Source: Ramazzottius varieornatus
Lineage: Eukaryota > Animalia > Tardigrada
Length of the DNA: 64,000 nt
Assembly (NCBI GenBank): GCA_001949185.1
Contig: BDGG01000010.1
Coordinates: forward strand, 1,683,773 to 1,747,772
Reading direction: 5' to 3'
This document shows, one piece after another, positions 26,196 through 38,700 of the stretch (within the stretch, counting starts at the first letter, position 1; every line of letters starts with the position of its first letter). The position numbers and the translations under genes are program-made. The notes beneath the pieces were generated by a model that was not told the DNA's origin, searched no databases, and saw only the letters and a program-made list of their open reading frames with translations.

Positions 26196-26760
26196 AGCTT
26201 TCAGCTGGCGGATTTCGAAGAACCTCACGCCACTTTGACAGAAGAAGACAACTGATGTTATAAATTAGACAATGCAGTTCCCGTCATTTGAGCTGACGTA
26301 CAAGTGTCTAAGAGGTCTCGACTTCTCTCGCCGTTGATGCAGATACAGGCTTGGTATGATAAGAGAATTGATGATGTTTGCGATAGTGCCGGTGCCGTGC
26401 AGACATTCCCATCGCTAACATTGCACACTAGCTAGACTCAAAGCTGGCGTTTACGTAAAAGTAGTCGTTTAAAAACGGCGTTTGTTTAAGTAAATCAACC
26501 AATCACGTAATCAATCGAAATTTTAGGTCTGAGTACCGAAATAATCAATCACAGTCTAGCATACCAAATGACATAGAAAAGGCTGTGACGTCAGAAACAT
26601 TGAAGGGAATTTTTTGAGTGTAACATTTTCGCACACGATGCCGACATCACGGAGGCGATTAACAGGCTCCGTTTAGCTAAATGGACGATTTCAACCCGTT
26701 TAGCTAAAGTGAGTGGGCGGGGTCTGTTTGGCGAGCTTGATCAATCCCAACGTCCGTTTA

Positions 26761-29563
26761 AGGTCGGGATCACAACAGGGAGGGGAGCACTCTCGTACAG
26801 AGAAATTTCTGAGCCGCTGCCCAGATCCCTTCCTAGAGAAAATCTTGAGCGATCTTCCGACTTCGGAGATCGTTTTGCATGTTTTGATTGACAGGATTTG
26901 CTCTTGGTCATCCCGCCATCGGGGATATTTTTCTTGATTGTCCGCACGCTACAGACCAACCCGCCCACCGTGGAGTTTGGACTCTGACGTCAGCAGGCAA
27001 AAAATGAAATCTGTTGCGTGCGTGAAATGTGAAAGGTACCGGCACAGACGATATTCTTATCGGCCTTCTGGCATCTGACCTTCATGCTGCACGTTGGAAA
27101 ACGATAGAGTCGAGACAACTTCTTTGTTGTCTTCTCCTATCACAGCTGGAAAGTATGAAGAGTCAGCCAGGAAAAAAACTAGAGAGATAAGAGCTTCCAT
27201 CAAACACAAGCGAAAACCGTCTCCTCAGTTTTCAAATGCACCACAATATTCTACAATAGCGTATACCGTAGTCTGAAAAACCTAACAGGAAGCTGAGAGA
27301 TGTCTTCCAGTTCTTCTCTGTATCCCGTGGATGTGAGGCATATTGCTCATTTATGGAAAGTGCTGGGTCAGTCGTTTTTTGGGTCGAATAAATATACTCT
27401 GACCAGTCTGGCAGGTCGCCGTAAGGCAATCGCGCATCTGTGCCAGCGAAGTCCACGCACCATCCAGAACATCACTACGAACTGGGATTTGATAACTGGT
27501 CCACCGAGCGGAACTGCAGTCAAGAGCAACACCGTTCCGGAAGATGACGTAAATGAAACCTTGGACCCGGCTGTCGAGGCGGAAGAAATGGAGGGTGTCG
27601 CGGGTGTCGGTCGGCACTTGTTGAAGGAGTCGGAATACGGGAAAATTCGTGCGATCATTCACCGGGAGTACAAGAGTAAGATACACATCACGGTGGAATC
27701 TCTACTGCCATTGGTGGAGGAGGAAGTCGGTGTAAGGTGTCGAAATCCACGATGTATCGTGTTACGTCGAATGGGCTTCCGATATCGGGATCGGTCCACT
27801 AAACCCTTGTTTGGTGACCCAAGCCTCAAAGTCAGGCGTATCCGTTACATCCGAGCGGTTTGTCAGTTTCGACAGAAGAATACCCTGATTGCCTTCCTGG
27901 ATGAGACTTGGTTAAACGAGAACTACCAGTTTCGCAAGAGTTGGATCGAACTCGACAAAGAAAATCCACCGGCACAGCCGAAATCCTGTGCAAGGACTGC
28001 GGACAGTCGCATCCAAGTGGATCGGGAAAGCGTCTGGCCATTTTCGACGTGGTGACGGATAGGGGATTCGATCCCGGATGTGGACTTATCTGGGAAGCCT
28101 CAAAGCACACTGGGGACTACCACGGGAATTTCAACTACCAAAACTACGAGAAGTCAGCCAGTCTGTCGAATCAATCAATCATACATTGTTTGATCTGTCT
28201 TGATGGTCTTTTCATTCGGAAGAGATTTGCTCGTTGCACCAGGTCAGTCAAGTGGCTTGAGAAAAGTAAAAAAAAAGTGGGTCAAAATTGAGTTTTTTGA
28301 GTATATCTCGCAAACAATTGGTTGGATCTTTCCGGTCCAAGCAGACGAAATGAAGATGCCGACTAGGTCTTTCTGATTTTGAAAGAATTTGTCATGAAAC
28401 TCTTACCGTGACGGAATGCCAATGCTTCAAGTTTTCGATGACGTCATGATAAAGTTTGGCTGTTATGGTTTTAGGTCCATGAAGGAGGTGGTGGTTCCCC
28501 GTTTGAAAGAATTTGCTCGGCTCCACGGATATGACGCGGTTGTGATCGTGCTGGATAACGCAAGTTCTCATTCCCGCTTGATGCCACAGTTCAGAAGACC
28601 CAAGAGAGTGAAGAAAGAAATCCAGCAGTGGCTGACTCACCATAGGATCGAGTTCGGTGCGCGGGAACTGGTGGCCGAGCTGTGGCAGAAGGTGACGGAC
28701 TTTTTGAAAAATCACGTGGGCGACAGGTACTACATGGATGACTATTTGAAGACCGAAGAAGGCATCGAGACAGTTCGTCTGCCGCCCTAACACTGTGACT
28801 TCAACCCGATTGAAAATAGCTGGGCCTGCCGCAAAGGGTATGTCGCCAAGCAAAACACTACCAGAAAGCTGCCTGACCTGATCAAGCTGTGGGAATAATC
28901 TGCTGATATCTTCAAGCCAGAAGACTTCCCCAAGCTCTTCGCCCCTTGCATCAAGCTTGAGGATGACTACTGGGATATCGATACAAAGCAAGACCGCATT
29001 GAGGCAGTTGGTGACGAGCAAGCCGATGAGGACTTTGCTGAAGAGGGCGGAGACCTGGAGCCCCTGGAGCAAGATCTTGACGATGACAATGACCTAGCTT
29101 TGCTTCCGTTTTAGTGTCTTTACCGTATCCCGCTTGATTACGAAATTCGGCCCACGCCCGTAATACGTTGTAGATTCAAAGAAAATAATTATCCCCCATT
29201 ACCATAAATTAGCCGAACCCTTATTACAACGTAGAACTTTTCCTGTAAAGACTGCGGACGGCTTGGGCGCTTGCTGTGGTACGCGATGTAAAACGCGGAA
29301 GTATGGGACAAAACTTTCAAAACAGGTTGACTGACGTCGGAGTCCAAACTCCACGGTGGGCGGGTTGGTCTGTAGCGTGCGGACAATCAAGAAAAATATC
29401 CCCGATGGCGGGATGACCAAGAGCAAATCCTGTCAATCAAAACATGCAAAGCGATCTCCGAAGTCGGAAGATCGCTCAAGATTTTCTCTAGGAAGGGATC
29501 TGGGCAGCGGCTCAGGAATTTCTCTGTACGAGAGTGCTCCCCTCCCTGTTGTGATCCCGACCT
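26761..29563 (+). mobile_element. IS630/Tc1/mariner transposon with 233-bp TIRs and TA TSD, long-spacer DDE (Sailor-like)
   Basis: TIRs 26761-26993 and 29331-29563 with about 3 mismatches; TA at 26759-26760 and 29564-29565. Confidence 0.93.
27300..29114 (+). pseudogene. Degenerate DD85E transposase
   Basis: LRRMGFRY, AFLDETW, GSGKRL, GDYHGNFN, IVLDNASSH, RLPP*HCDFNPIE; frameshift and in-frame stops; putative intron 28153-28474. Confidence 0.88.
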
Positions 29564-29671
29564 TAGCTAAACAAACGGCCCAAATTTAGGTAAACGCCAG
29601 CTTTGAGTCTAGCTACTAGTTGCTCTAGAAAGCAGTGTTCACTTCAGCTTGTCAATAAAGGCTTACAAAGA

Positions 29672-31320
29672 CTAAGCTGGCTTGGTGGTGTTGAAACATC
29701 CCTTGTACATCCGGAAGCACAGAACATCCAACGGCTGGATACTACCAGTCACTTTGGGAGATATGGTGATCATCTCGTACTGCAGCTCTTCGGGCTTGAG
29801 TTCGATAACAGCGTCCTGATCGGCGAACGTCTTCCAGGAGTCAGCCAGAAGGATACAGCGGTCTTCCATATGCGAAAACAACACTTTTTCGGACCATTCC
29901 AGCTAGAGCTTCTTCGTCATTTTTCCCGATGTCGACGCAGTGATGTACAGGTTATCAGCTTTGAACATCGTTTTCGACACGATTGGGCCAAAGACTCCTT
30001 TTTCTTCTTTCAGGGTGATGAACAAAATAGGATGAAACTTTCGTGTGCCGGGAGAGATTGTCATCATGACAGTATAGGAATGAGTCATGGAATTTTCGGA
30101 CTGGGTTATAGCCTCGACGTGTTTCAAGCCTTTCTGCTCCAAAGTTCTCCCGGGCCTCATCTCATATTCAAATCCCGACTGATCCGTGTTCCAAAGACAG
30201 TCCAATCCGTGCTCCGCTATTCTGGATCTGACCAGCGCAACACACTCTTCTGCACTTTGCTTGACTTGGGGAGCTGCTTCGAGGGACTTCTTTGTGACGA
30301 ACTTCGCTATCTTTCGATCAACTATTCCGTAGTACCTGCTAAAATAGCATAAATGTCATTGGAACACTGCCAACAAATTGGAAAAGGTCGTTTTTTCAAG
30401 TGGCGCCGCTGTGACTTATTGAGTACGGTAACGTGCGCTACTTGAACTGACGATTCAGGTGAAATCGTTTGCCGACGTTCAAATACAGAAGATTTGCCTT
30501 CGTTAAATCGATAAGTAAATTCTTGCAAGGTATCAATTACCGTTTGAATCTTGACACCCAGTACGGCGAAGCGGTGAAACCAGGTAGATCCACATCATTA
30601 TTCGCGGTTATCGCCCATCGTTGAAAATCCAAATCCTTGACTACCTGTCTCTTCTGCTTGGCTATGAAGTTTGCTGTCTCCAAGCGAATGACTTTCAATT
30701 TGTCGAATCGGGATCCGCCTTCAGCTAGCTGTTTCTTCCAGTCTCTTAGCTGTCGTTTGTCCCGAACTTTTGTGAAATGGTTTCGGACTGAAGACAAGCT
30801 CCGCCGTTTCCTTGCTGTAACGTTACACCAGTAATCAACAGCACGTTTCTTGTAGTCGAGATGGACAGCTTGGCTCGACGGAACTCTTGGATCTGGGAGT
30901 CGCGAAACAAATATTTCGTGGGACGAAGGTTCAGTGTCACTTGTAACGGGCTCGTTCAAGCGATCATCTTCGAAGAAATAACGTTCAGCGCTACCGTTCA
31001 ACAGGTTAGCATCACCCGCCGTCTTTTCAAAGTCGTCGAACGTTAGCCCGTCGAGCTGTAGGTCCCCCTGCAAGTCTTCTTCAACCTCCAGCACAGGACT
31101 GTCGCTTCGAGCAATTTTGATGTCAATAAGATCTAGAATATTCCAACAATCCGGTGGAACAAAACCTCTTACTTCTGCACTGAACCTTCGGAAAACTACC
31201 TACCTTTGATAAGGTCTTTCAGCTGCTTGTCCGCTTCACTTGGCGCATCGTCCGGTTGATGCCGGAGTTTGTATTCCTCTTCCAGGAGCTTTAGCACGTT
31301 CAAGGGATTGATGGAGTACA
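29672..31320 (-). pseudogene. Tc4/Tc5-like (pogo group) transposase pseudogene with introns
   Basis: FTASPYWVSRFKR|YYGIVDRKI, WNTDQSGF, THSYT, STSGKM, LLADSW, IQPLDVLCFR; premature TAG at 29903; C-terminal truncation; no TIRs identified. Confidence 0.82.
30361..30480. repeat. Intronic palindromic repeat, copy C (in transposase intron 30336-30540)
   Basis: gtcgttttttcaagtggcgc...gtgcgctacttgaactgacgat...tttgccgacgttc matches the family core. Confidence 0.7.
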
Positions 31321-31677
31321 ACGCAGTGTTGTGGGAAGATTATGGAGGAGAGAATCAACAAAAGATGCGTCATGCGACAGCGACAAGCTCATATGATGGA
31401 AGGAACAATCAATTTTGGCCAATCGACTATGAGTAAATCAAACTTATTGATTGTGCCTCGGTCAATGTACAGTAGCGCCCTAATTTTGACGTAACTTCCG
31501 GTTCCTGCAGTTTATTCCAGGAACGGAAATATGACCAGGTTTCCGGATCAGACTATAGAGAAAACTCTTCTCTATCCACCTGTAATGCCGGTTTGAGGAT
31601 CAGAGGCGGCGGATTGGAAAAATCCCCTCGTTAGCAGAGTTTCGTGTTCAACAATACTTCTCACAGATAAAGGAAGG

Positions 31678-32170
31678 ATGGAAAATTTTGCTCTTCAGCT
31701 CCTTTGTGATGCTGCATTGGCAGAAGAATGGCGAACGGAAGTCTTGCAGGATGACGCGGTAACTCGGAGCGATTCTCTTACTCAGCTAGCTCCCAGAAAG
31801 ATATCTAGCCTAGCTTCCACCTCAATGACACCAAAGACAGCCACGAGCTGCATGCGCACCTTAGACTCGGCGGGGCTTGGATTTCCATCCGCTCAGTTGC
31901 GTATTCCGTCACAAGATGAGGAGTTCACTTTCCCGCAAGTGACAGCAGAATCTTCCGAGCCTGGCTATCCGGCTCGCTCGCCATCCAAAGCCGGTGTTAA
32001 GAAGGCTAGACGTTCTCGCACAGAAATGGATAAGGATTCCTCGCCGAAAAGATTCAACGCAGACATATCGTATGACAAGTTTCTCGCCATCAACGAAGTG
32101 AATCCCTTCCAGTTTCCTTTAAGACCGGCGTACAACCAAGCCTGAAAGAACGCTTCACAGCTCTTCATGG
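31678..32170 (+). pseudogene. Possible Myb/SANT-like (Harbinger-associated) gene fragment
   Basis: KRFNADISYDKFLAINEVNPFQF...NQA*KNA resembles the RF..D..LL.EV..NPF..AW pattern, with TGA where Trp is expected. Confidence 0.4.
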
Positions 32171-34662
32171 GTAGTCGTTATGGGAGGCAACTTTTGCTCT
32201 CTCCTTAACCGATCTCTATGGCTTTCCTCGTCTTTTGCAGGCAAATTCTCTGTGGTCCTCGTACATTACATGCATGTGATTTAGCACGACTGCAACCTCA
32301 GCGCTTCGAATCTGGTGATCGTCGGCCAAGTTCAGATTTTCCATTCTGTACTGTTTGTGGTAATATTATTCCGCAATCCGCATGCATTGAAATTTCACTG
32401 TATGTTTTTCTAGGGCTTACTTGGTGTCCTGGTCGGAGCAACGTATCTCGTCCCCAGTTTGCCGAGTTAATCTCAGCGATTCCTTCGACATGAGAAGCGC
32501 CGGGGCTACCCACAACGCAACGAATGTCGGCAGAGTTTTCGTCTTTCAAGGCCCGCGCATCAACAACTGGTTCCCAACGTTTCCGGTATCGGTAGGACCG
32601 ATTATAAACACATTTTGGAATGTGATCAAGCATTCCTGGCTTTTCAGTTTCGTATTCCCTTCACGATACATTTGGCGACAGCGGAAGTGTAGAGATCACG
32701 GCGGACCAAGTCAGCAAGTCTTTCCTCCTGTGACATACCATGCGGTCATTCAAGACTCGCTAGAAACGGGGTCGGTAGGATCTACGATCGAGAATATTCT
32801 CAATGTGACGATCAACCTTGACCGAACGTTAAAAACATCGTTCTTTCTCTTTCTCTCCCTGTTTGGCTATCTTTCTTTGGATCGTTTCAGGCTCTTTCGA
32901 TTGAACCTCGAAAGCCATCGAATCTGGCGCCGTTCCGGACACACCTGAAGCTTGCCGAACTTTGCACGTCAAGCGAGAAGAGGCTATGCTGGCGGCAGCG
33001 AAACAAAGTACATCGAGAAGATGGTCAACGAAAGGAACGCGAAAGAAACGAGCAGAGCACAACAAGCTCCTCAACTACGCCCTCCTACTCTATGTCGGCG
33101 GTTCTGATTCTGATTTTAAGTCTTATCGGTTCAGCAGAGAAATTCATGTTCTTGAGACTTCAGTCTGGAAGTAATCTCGCTCAGCCTTCTTGTAAAAAAT
33201 TTTATCTGACTCGGAATGGAAACAAAAGCAATGCGCAATCGTTAAAACAAGTCGGAGTCACAGTCCCTAATCCGGACAAAGATCGGACGATTAAGTATGT
33301 TCATTAAAAAAAAAAAAGAAGGATAACATAAGAAAGAAGTTTTAAAAAAAAAGGAATATGGGTATCTAGCTGACAACAGCACATCGCTGCTAACAACTCA
33401 GCACTTTTGAAGTTTTTGAAATGCAAGCCGACTGCCGTCGGTCTTCACGTTCGCGACTGTCAGCCTTCTCGCGGTCTTCCGCCAGACGTGTAGCCTGGCG
33501 TGCCTGGTCTTCTCGTTCACCAGTCGCCAGGATTCGGGCACCTTCAAAGGCTCGGTCCTCGGCCTGTCGTCGGTCCTCCTTTTCACGCTGTTCGCACAGC
33601 ACTACGCTCAATGGCCGCGTCTTTGAGATACTCCTGAAAACCTCCCGAACGCTCCACATCCCGGGCTGTTCCGCGGCGTCGGCTCCAAGGCTTTCCGCAA
33701 AACTGACGGGTATGCCCGTACAGGCGACACTTGCTTCATCTTGGAGGCTTCCGGTTTGGATAGTTGACCACTGAGGAAGATACAGTAAATTAGGCAGAAA
33801 GAACATATCAGAAATCGGTTTGATAGAACACCCATACCTTTTTCGATGTGCGCTTCTGGGCCAGTCGATCCGCCTTGTCTGTTGGCGCAGTTGGGGTGTT
33901 CCCCATCATCGCATTCATCTCCAGAGGATGCTCCCCTTACGTTTCCCTCTGTCTGGCTAGCCGGCGCAACGTCCATTTCCTCCTTCCCTTTATCTTCCGT
34001 AACTGCAAACAGAAGAGTGACCAGTTTCCGAAGTACGGGACTAAGTTCACCGTAGAAGCGGCTTACCGGAGTTACACGAGGCCGAAACACTCCTGCCGAA
34101 GCGTCTACGCATACGATGCGCAATACTGAGCGTAGAGGAAGTCGATGCCACAGACGACATTGACGCCGAGTCGTTAAAGTCCATTTCGGTGGTGGTAACC
34201 ATGATTCGACAGGCTTCTCCAGCAAAGGACACGAAGTGGACTGAACAGCAGGGTGCTGTGAGGGAGGCGATACAGCTCTTCCGAAGCTTGTACGTATGTA
34301 ATTGGTGCACCAGAAAGCTCTTACACTTCACGTGAATAAACTGTAACTTTAGTCATCCAGATGAAGAAGTAAACTGGGTGAAGCTTTATGAGAGTTCCAG
34401 CAGAGTTTCAAGTTTCGCTTCCGGTTGGTGCACCAAAAATTGCGATATGAGAGTTTCCAAAAGATGAGACAGCGAAATGAGACTCTTCGCACGCAGCAGT
34501 AATGGCATCACTGTGAACTTTCATAAAGCTTGATTGAGGGGGAGTTGATTTGTCCAAATCTGATAGTGAAAACTGAGAGTCGCAAATATGAGGGCAGTTT
34601 ATGGGACCAGACCTGTCCTCGCAAAATAGTAATTTGGTTGAAACTGGAGAAATCCAGATGAG

Positions 34663-35280
34663 TAGTACTGTCAACGATACGGTATACCGATATTGCATCG
34701 AAATATATCGAATCTTTGCGATAAAATATGCGGCAGATATCGTATCGAAAATATCGATATGAAACTCGTATCGAATTACGCAATAAAATATTTGGCGATA
34801 TCGTATCGCGCCAGATCGATATATTTTCGATATATCTGTATCTTGCTGAATGGCAAACTCGCCAGTGATATCTCGTCTACGGAAGACCATGGTTGATTTC
34901 AAACACTTGATTCTGGCCATGTGTACCGAGCACACTCCGCCCATTCGGTTCTGGTACTAATTCTGTCCAGGTTTCCATGTGTCTGAAGCCTTGGCAGTCA
35001 TGTCTTTGCTGCATCCGACGCTTTCGAGCTTACTAATACTTTATGTGGAAATCGGCTTCTTGAGTTTTCGGGTTTGAACCACTGGAATACCGAAAAACTA
35101 AAATTCCAGGAATATCGATATATCGCTGCGATATGATACAATATATCGAAAACATGGTATCGAGAAAATACCGTATCGAAATATCGATATAGAATGAATA
35201 TCGAAGACCGCAATAAAATATCCGCCGATATTGTATCGAAAAATATCGTATCGAACTTTATCGTATTTTTGCCAGCACTA
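34663..35280. mobile_element. hAT-family MITE (618 bp) with subterminal TATCG repeats
   Basis: Termini tagtactgtcaa / ttgccagcacta; 8-bp TSD cagatgag versus cagaagag; dense cgata/tatcg arrays at 34675-34835 and 35110-35265. Confidence 0.85.
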
Positions 35281-35717
35281 CAGAAGAGACAACTGCACCA
35301 AATTTAGTCCGCTAGTGGGCGAGTGGACATACTCGAGTCGCTCGGTTTCTATGAGGAGGGCAATCGGTCCGGCACAAACTCCACTGTGGTTGCAGTAGGA
35401 CTGAATCGATTCACATTGCTTGATTGATCGATCGATCATTCGTCGTCAGCGCCGAAGGGCAGCAGCTGTTTTCAAGTTCATTCCGGAACCGGATTGGGTA
35501 ACTTTCTTCCTCAACCCAATTATTTTCTGGTGTGATGTGGTCTGATTTCGTTTTCTGATGCGCTGGTGCAAAAAAAACGCAAAAACAGAAAGTCCGTTTT
35601 GCAAGCTTAGAGTTTGTGCCGGATCTATTCTAGTTTGACATGCTCTCCACGTCGCGTTCGTATTCGAGCTGTTCGATCTTACTCCAGTTGAGCTAACCCT
35701 TGTGTTCTGTTGCAGTT

Positions 35718-38700
35718 ATGAGCGGGAAGGCGGTAACCAAGAAGGAGCCCTTTTCCGGGAGGTTTGGCAAGATCAGCAGCGAGCAAAATGGCGTTCCGGC
35801 CAAGCGGACTAAGCTGCCAGAAAGTCAGCCGCTTCACCCACCGTTGACCAACCTAGCATTGATCCCCTACGAGATAGCCTGGCCGCTGACCAAGAAAGCC
35901 TGCGAAGATGTCATCGCCGATGTGTTGCGAGGAAAGACATCCACCATCGTGGTGGATGCAGGCACCACCAAAGTGCAAGCACGACTGTATGGTGGTTATC
36001 ATCCCGACTGGGTAACTGGCGGTATTTGGGCTAATTCGAGCGCCTTCATCAGCTGCATCAACAAGTTTTGCAAAGACAAGAAGTTCAACTTTACCGTCAC
36101 ATTCGACTCCTCTATCGATGTCCATAATCTGGATGCTTGGCTGGCCAGAATGGAATGGGAATACGAGAGCGTCAAGAATCTGTTCGCTGGTCAGCTGGAA
36201 ACGTCTCCTCGCTCCCTCACGCATCCTCCTGGAGCCTTCACAAAGACACCTGGAGACATGTGGTAAGATTTTTCTCGAATAAGAGCGGTACTGCTCACTT
36301 ACAGTGACAGAACAAAAAGGCAAATTGAAATGCACCTGCATAATCGCGCATCGCGGCAAGACTGCCGGCAAGTAAGACAGCAGCTGTATGCAGGTGCTTA
36401 AAACATTAAATATTCGAACTTCCGGTTGAGTGTAGAAATTTGAACCTTTACTATCATCTTTTCTTTCCTCGGTCCAGGTTTGCACCGACTGCGTTGCAGA
36501 CTTCATTGCGTCTGATCTGTCTTTCCATGGGCATTAAGTTGGAATGCACGCTCTTCGAGCACGAGCCAGAAATCATCGCTGTCCGTGACTTGAAAGATCC
36601 CTCATCCAAGAGTATCATGGACGAAGCCGGCGCTTTCTTTACTAACTCTCTGGAATACATGTGCTACTCTGATGTGACTCAGACTCTTTACTGGGGCGAG
36701 ACTTTAAAGCTGAACATGCGAGGCGACAGGATGACGGGCAAAGCGATCGAGGCCAGCGAAGTGTCGAAGAGCCTTGGTGTCATAAGAGACTCTCTCGATG
36801 CCGGCCTTTTGTACTACGGTAAGGCTAAAGGGTTATTTAGCTGGGATGTCTCAAAGCAATGCCTTTTAACTCACGAATTCTTTCTGCAGGTACACGGTAC
36901 TTCAAGGATGAATCTTGCAATCTGGATCAAGTTTCGGGAGAGGAGCTCTTCGATCCGACCGAAGATCTTCACCACGAAATCTTGGCAGCTTTGACTGCCA
37001 ACGATCAGAAACCCGTAAGGTTATTTTACTGAGGCTCTGGTTCAGTACTGCTTGGATTTTGTGTTACAGGCTGCTCGTCTACATACCGCGGTGGAGATCA
37101 TGCAGCAGGTTCACAAGGAAGGTGTTAACAACAAAGAGACGATGAAGATTGGCGAAAGCCTGCTTCCGAGTATGGAGCATCTTGAGCGATGCTTGAAGGA
37201 ACGTACCAGCCTTCCTCCTCACTTCCAGCACCTGACTTCGTCCGACATCTACGACAGCGACAAAGTGGAAGATGAGCTGCAGAAGTTGCGCAAGAAAGCT
37301 TCCAACCTTTTCTTCGACATCGGAAAGCGGCTCTTGGAAGGTCGAACTTGGCCGGTATGGTTGGTCTTTCGCTCTGCTCCAAGTTAACCCATTTTTCGTA
37401 CTTGAAGTATGTATTAATACTTACTTGAAATCCGAGGTGCTAAAGAATTATCCAAGGTGTCTGAACGCTTGACGCTTCCTTTTTAGACCCGGAAGCCGTA
37501 CTACGAACGACAAAGTCCGGACCACCCATGGGAGCGAGTAGAGTTCCCTCATCAGAGACGCCTCAAGCCAGAATTCAGAGAACACCTCGAGAAGTTCCAC
37601 CGCTCTGGTAACATTCATGAATGGATTGGACATCTAGTCTTCTCTGAGGTAAGTTAAACTTTTCGGTGGTTTCCACTGGTTTCCACTAATCCAACTGTTT
37701 TTAGAACTGAACATTCGCATTTCTTCTTCTATGGAGCTGAAAATAGAACAAAGACGTAGACAAGAAGGCTTTGCAAATGAGCAAGTTGTGAAGTCTGACG
37801 TTTTCCCTTGCTGGTAGATTCCAACGATCAAGATCGGCTACATCTTGGCCGACCGCGGCTACCGCGTGTGTGGCTGGAAGGAAGAGCCCAAGTCCTTCTT
37901 CCGGGACATTCGTCGCCGCGCTTACGGTCTCCTCTTCGGCACAGAGCAGCCCGACTATACAGCCGATGCCAACGACATCAGCTTCATGCCTCAGATCCGC
38001 GAGATCTTCTACTCGGGCATGGACGTCGTCCAGCCCATCTCCATTTCCCGCGAAGTGGCCAACGTCACTCGTTCCTCAGAAGAAATGTGGGGTAAGCGAG
38101 ACCGTAAGGGACCTGGCCTGCACGTCCTGCTGCACATCGTCATGGGCGCTAACTGCCCCAACAACTGGCACGAGATCTTCATGGATGTCCCGGAGTACGC
38201 CTGGGTCCCTGTCATTGCCATTCGCTACATGCTGGACAGGCTAGTTTGCAAAGTTTCTTTCGGTGGACAAGCCAAGCACATTTTGGAGCGCAAAGCTCAT
38301 AGTTTGTTCTGCTTAGGTTCGCACCCATGTTCCGTGAAGGATACTTGGACAGTATTATCGCTACAGTGGCCTCAGTTGTCACGACTCGCATTTCTAATCC
38401 AAAGAGAGAGAAACTGGAGATGTACGATACAACCGCATCCGACGTAAGATGACTGTCCAAATTCATAATGTTCTAAAGTTACTAGACGCTTGATATGATG
38501 TGTCCCATGGTAGTACGAGCTGCTCATTGACGCAACGTCCATCACATTTGCGTCCTTCTTCATGTCGGCCGTGGAACACGTCATCTTCGCCAACGATGTC
38601 TGCTGCACAGTCATCACCAGTCCCAACAACACCAACCCAGCCATGTTCTTCGACGGAAACGTCTTCCACACGGCTTTGGACCGACTCGCGGGGGCTGTAA

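Larger units (their letters stand above)
26431..29613. mobile_element. Outer non-autonomous TIR element (about 378 bp when empty) interrupted by the Sailor-like insertion
   Basis: gctagactcaaagctggcgtttac at 26431 is the exact inverse of gtaaacgccagctttgagtctagc ending at 29613; TA on both sides; internal ccgtttagctaaa repeats. Confidence 0.85.

Noticed and set aside
26741-29589. Near-identical 75-77 aa ORFs at 26741 and 29356
   Set aside because: Artefact of the two 233-bp TIRs, not a duplicated gene.
28392-30352. Long ORFs 28392-29072 (-) and 29603-30352 (+)
   Set aside because: Antisense to recognisable transposase frames.
34670-35265. CRISPR-like repeated TATCG units
   Set aside because: No fixed repeat-spacer period; they are hAT subterminal repeats in a eukaryotic context.
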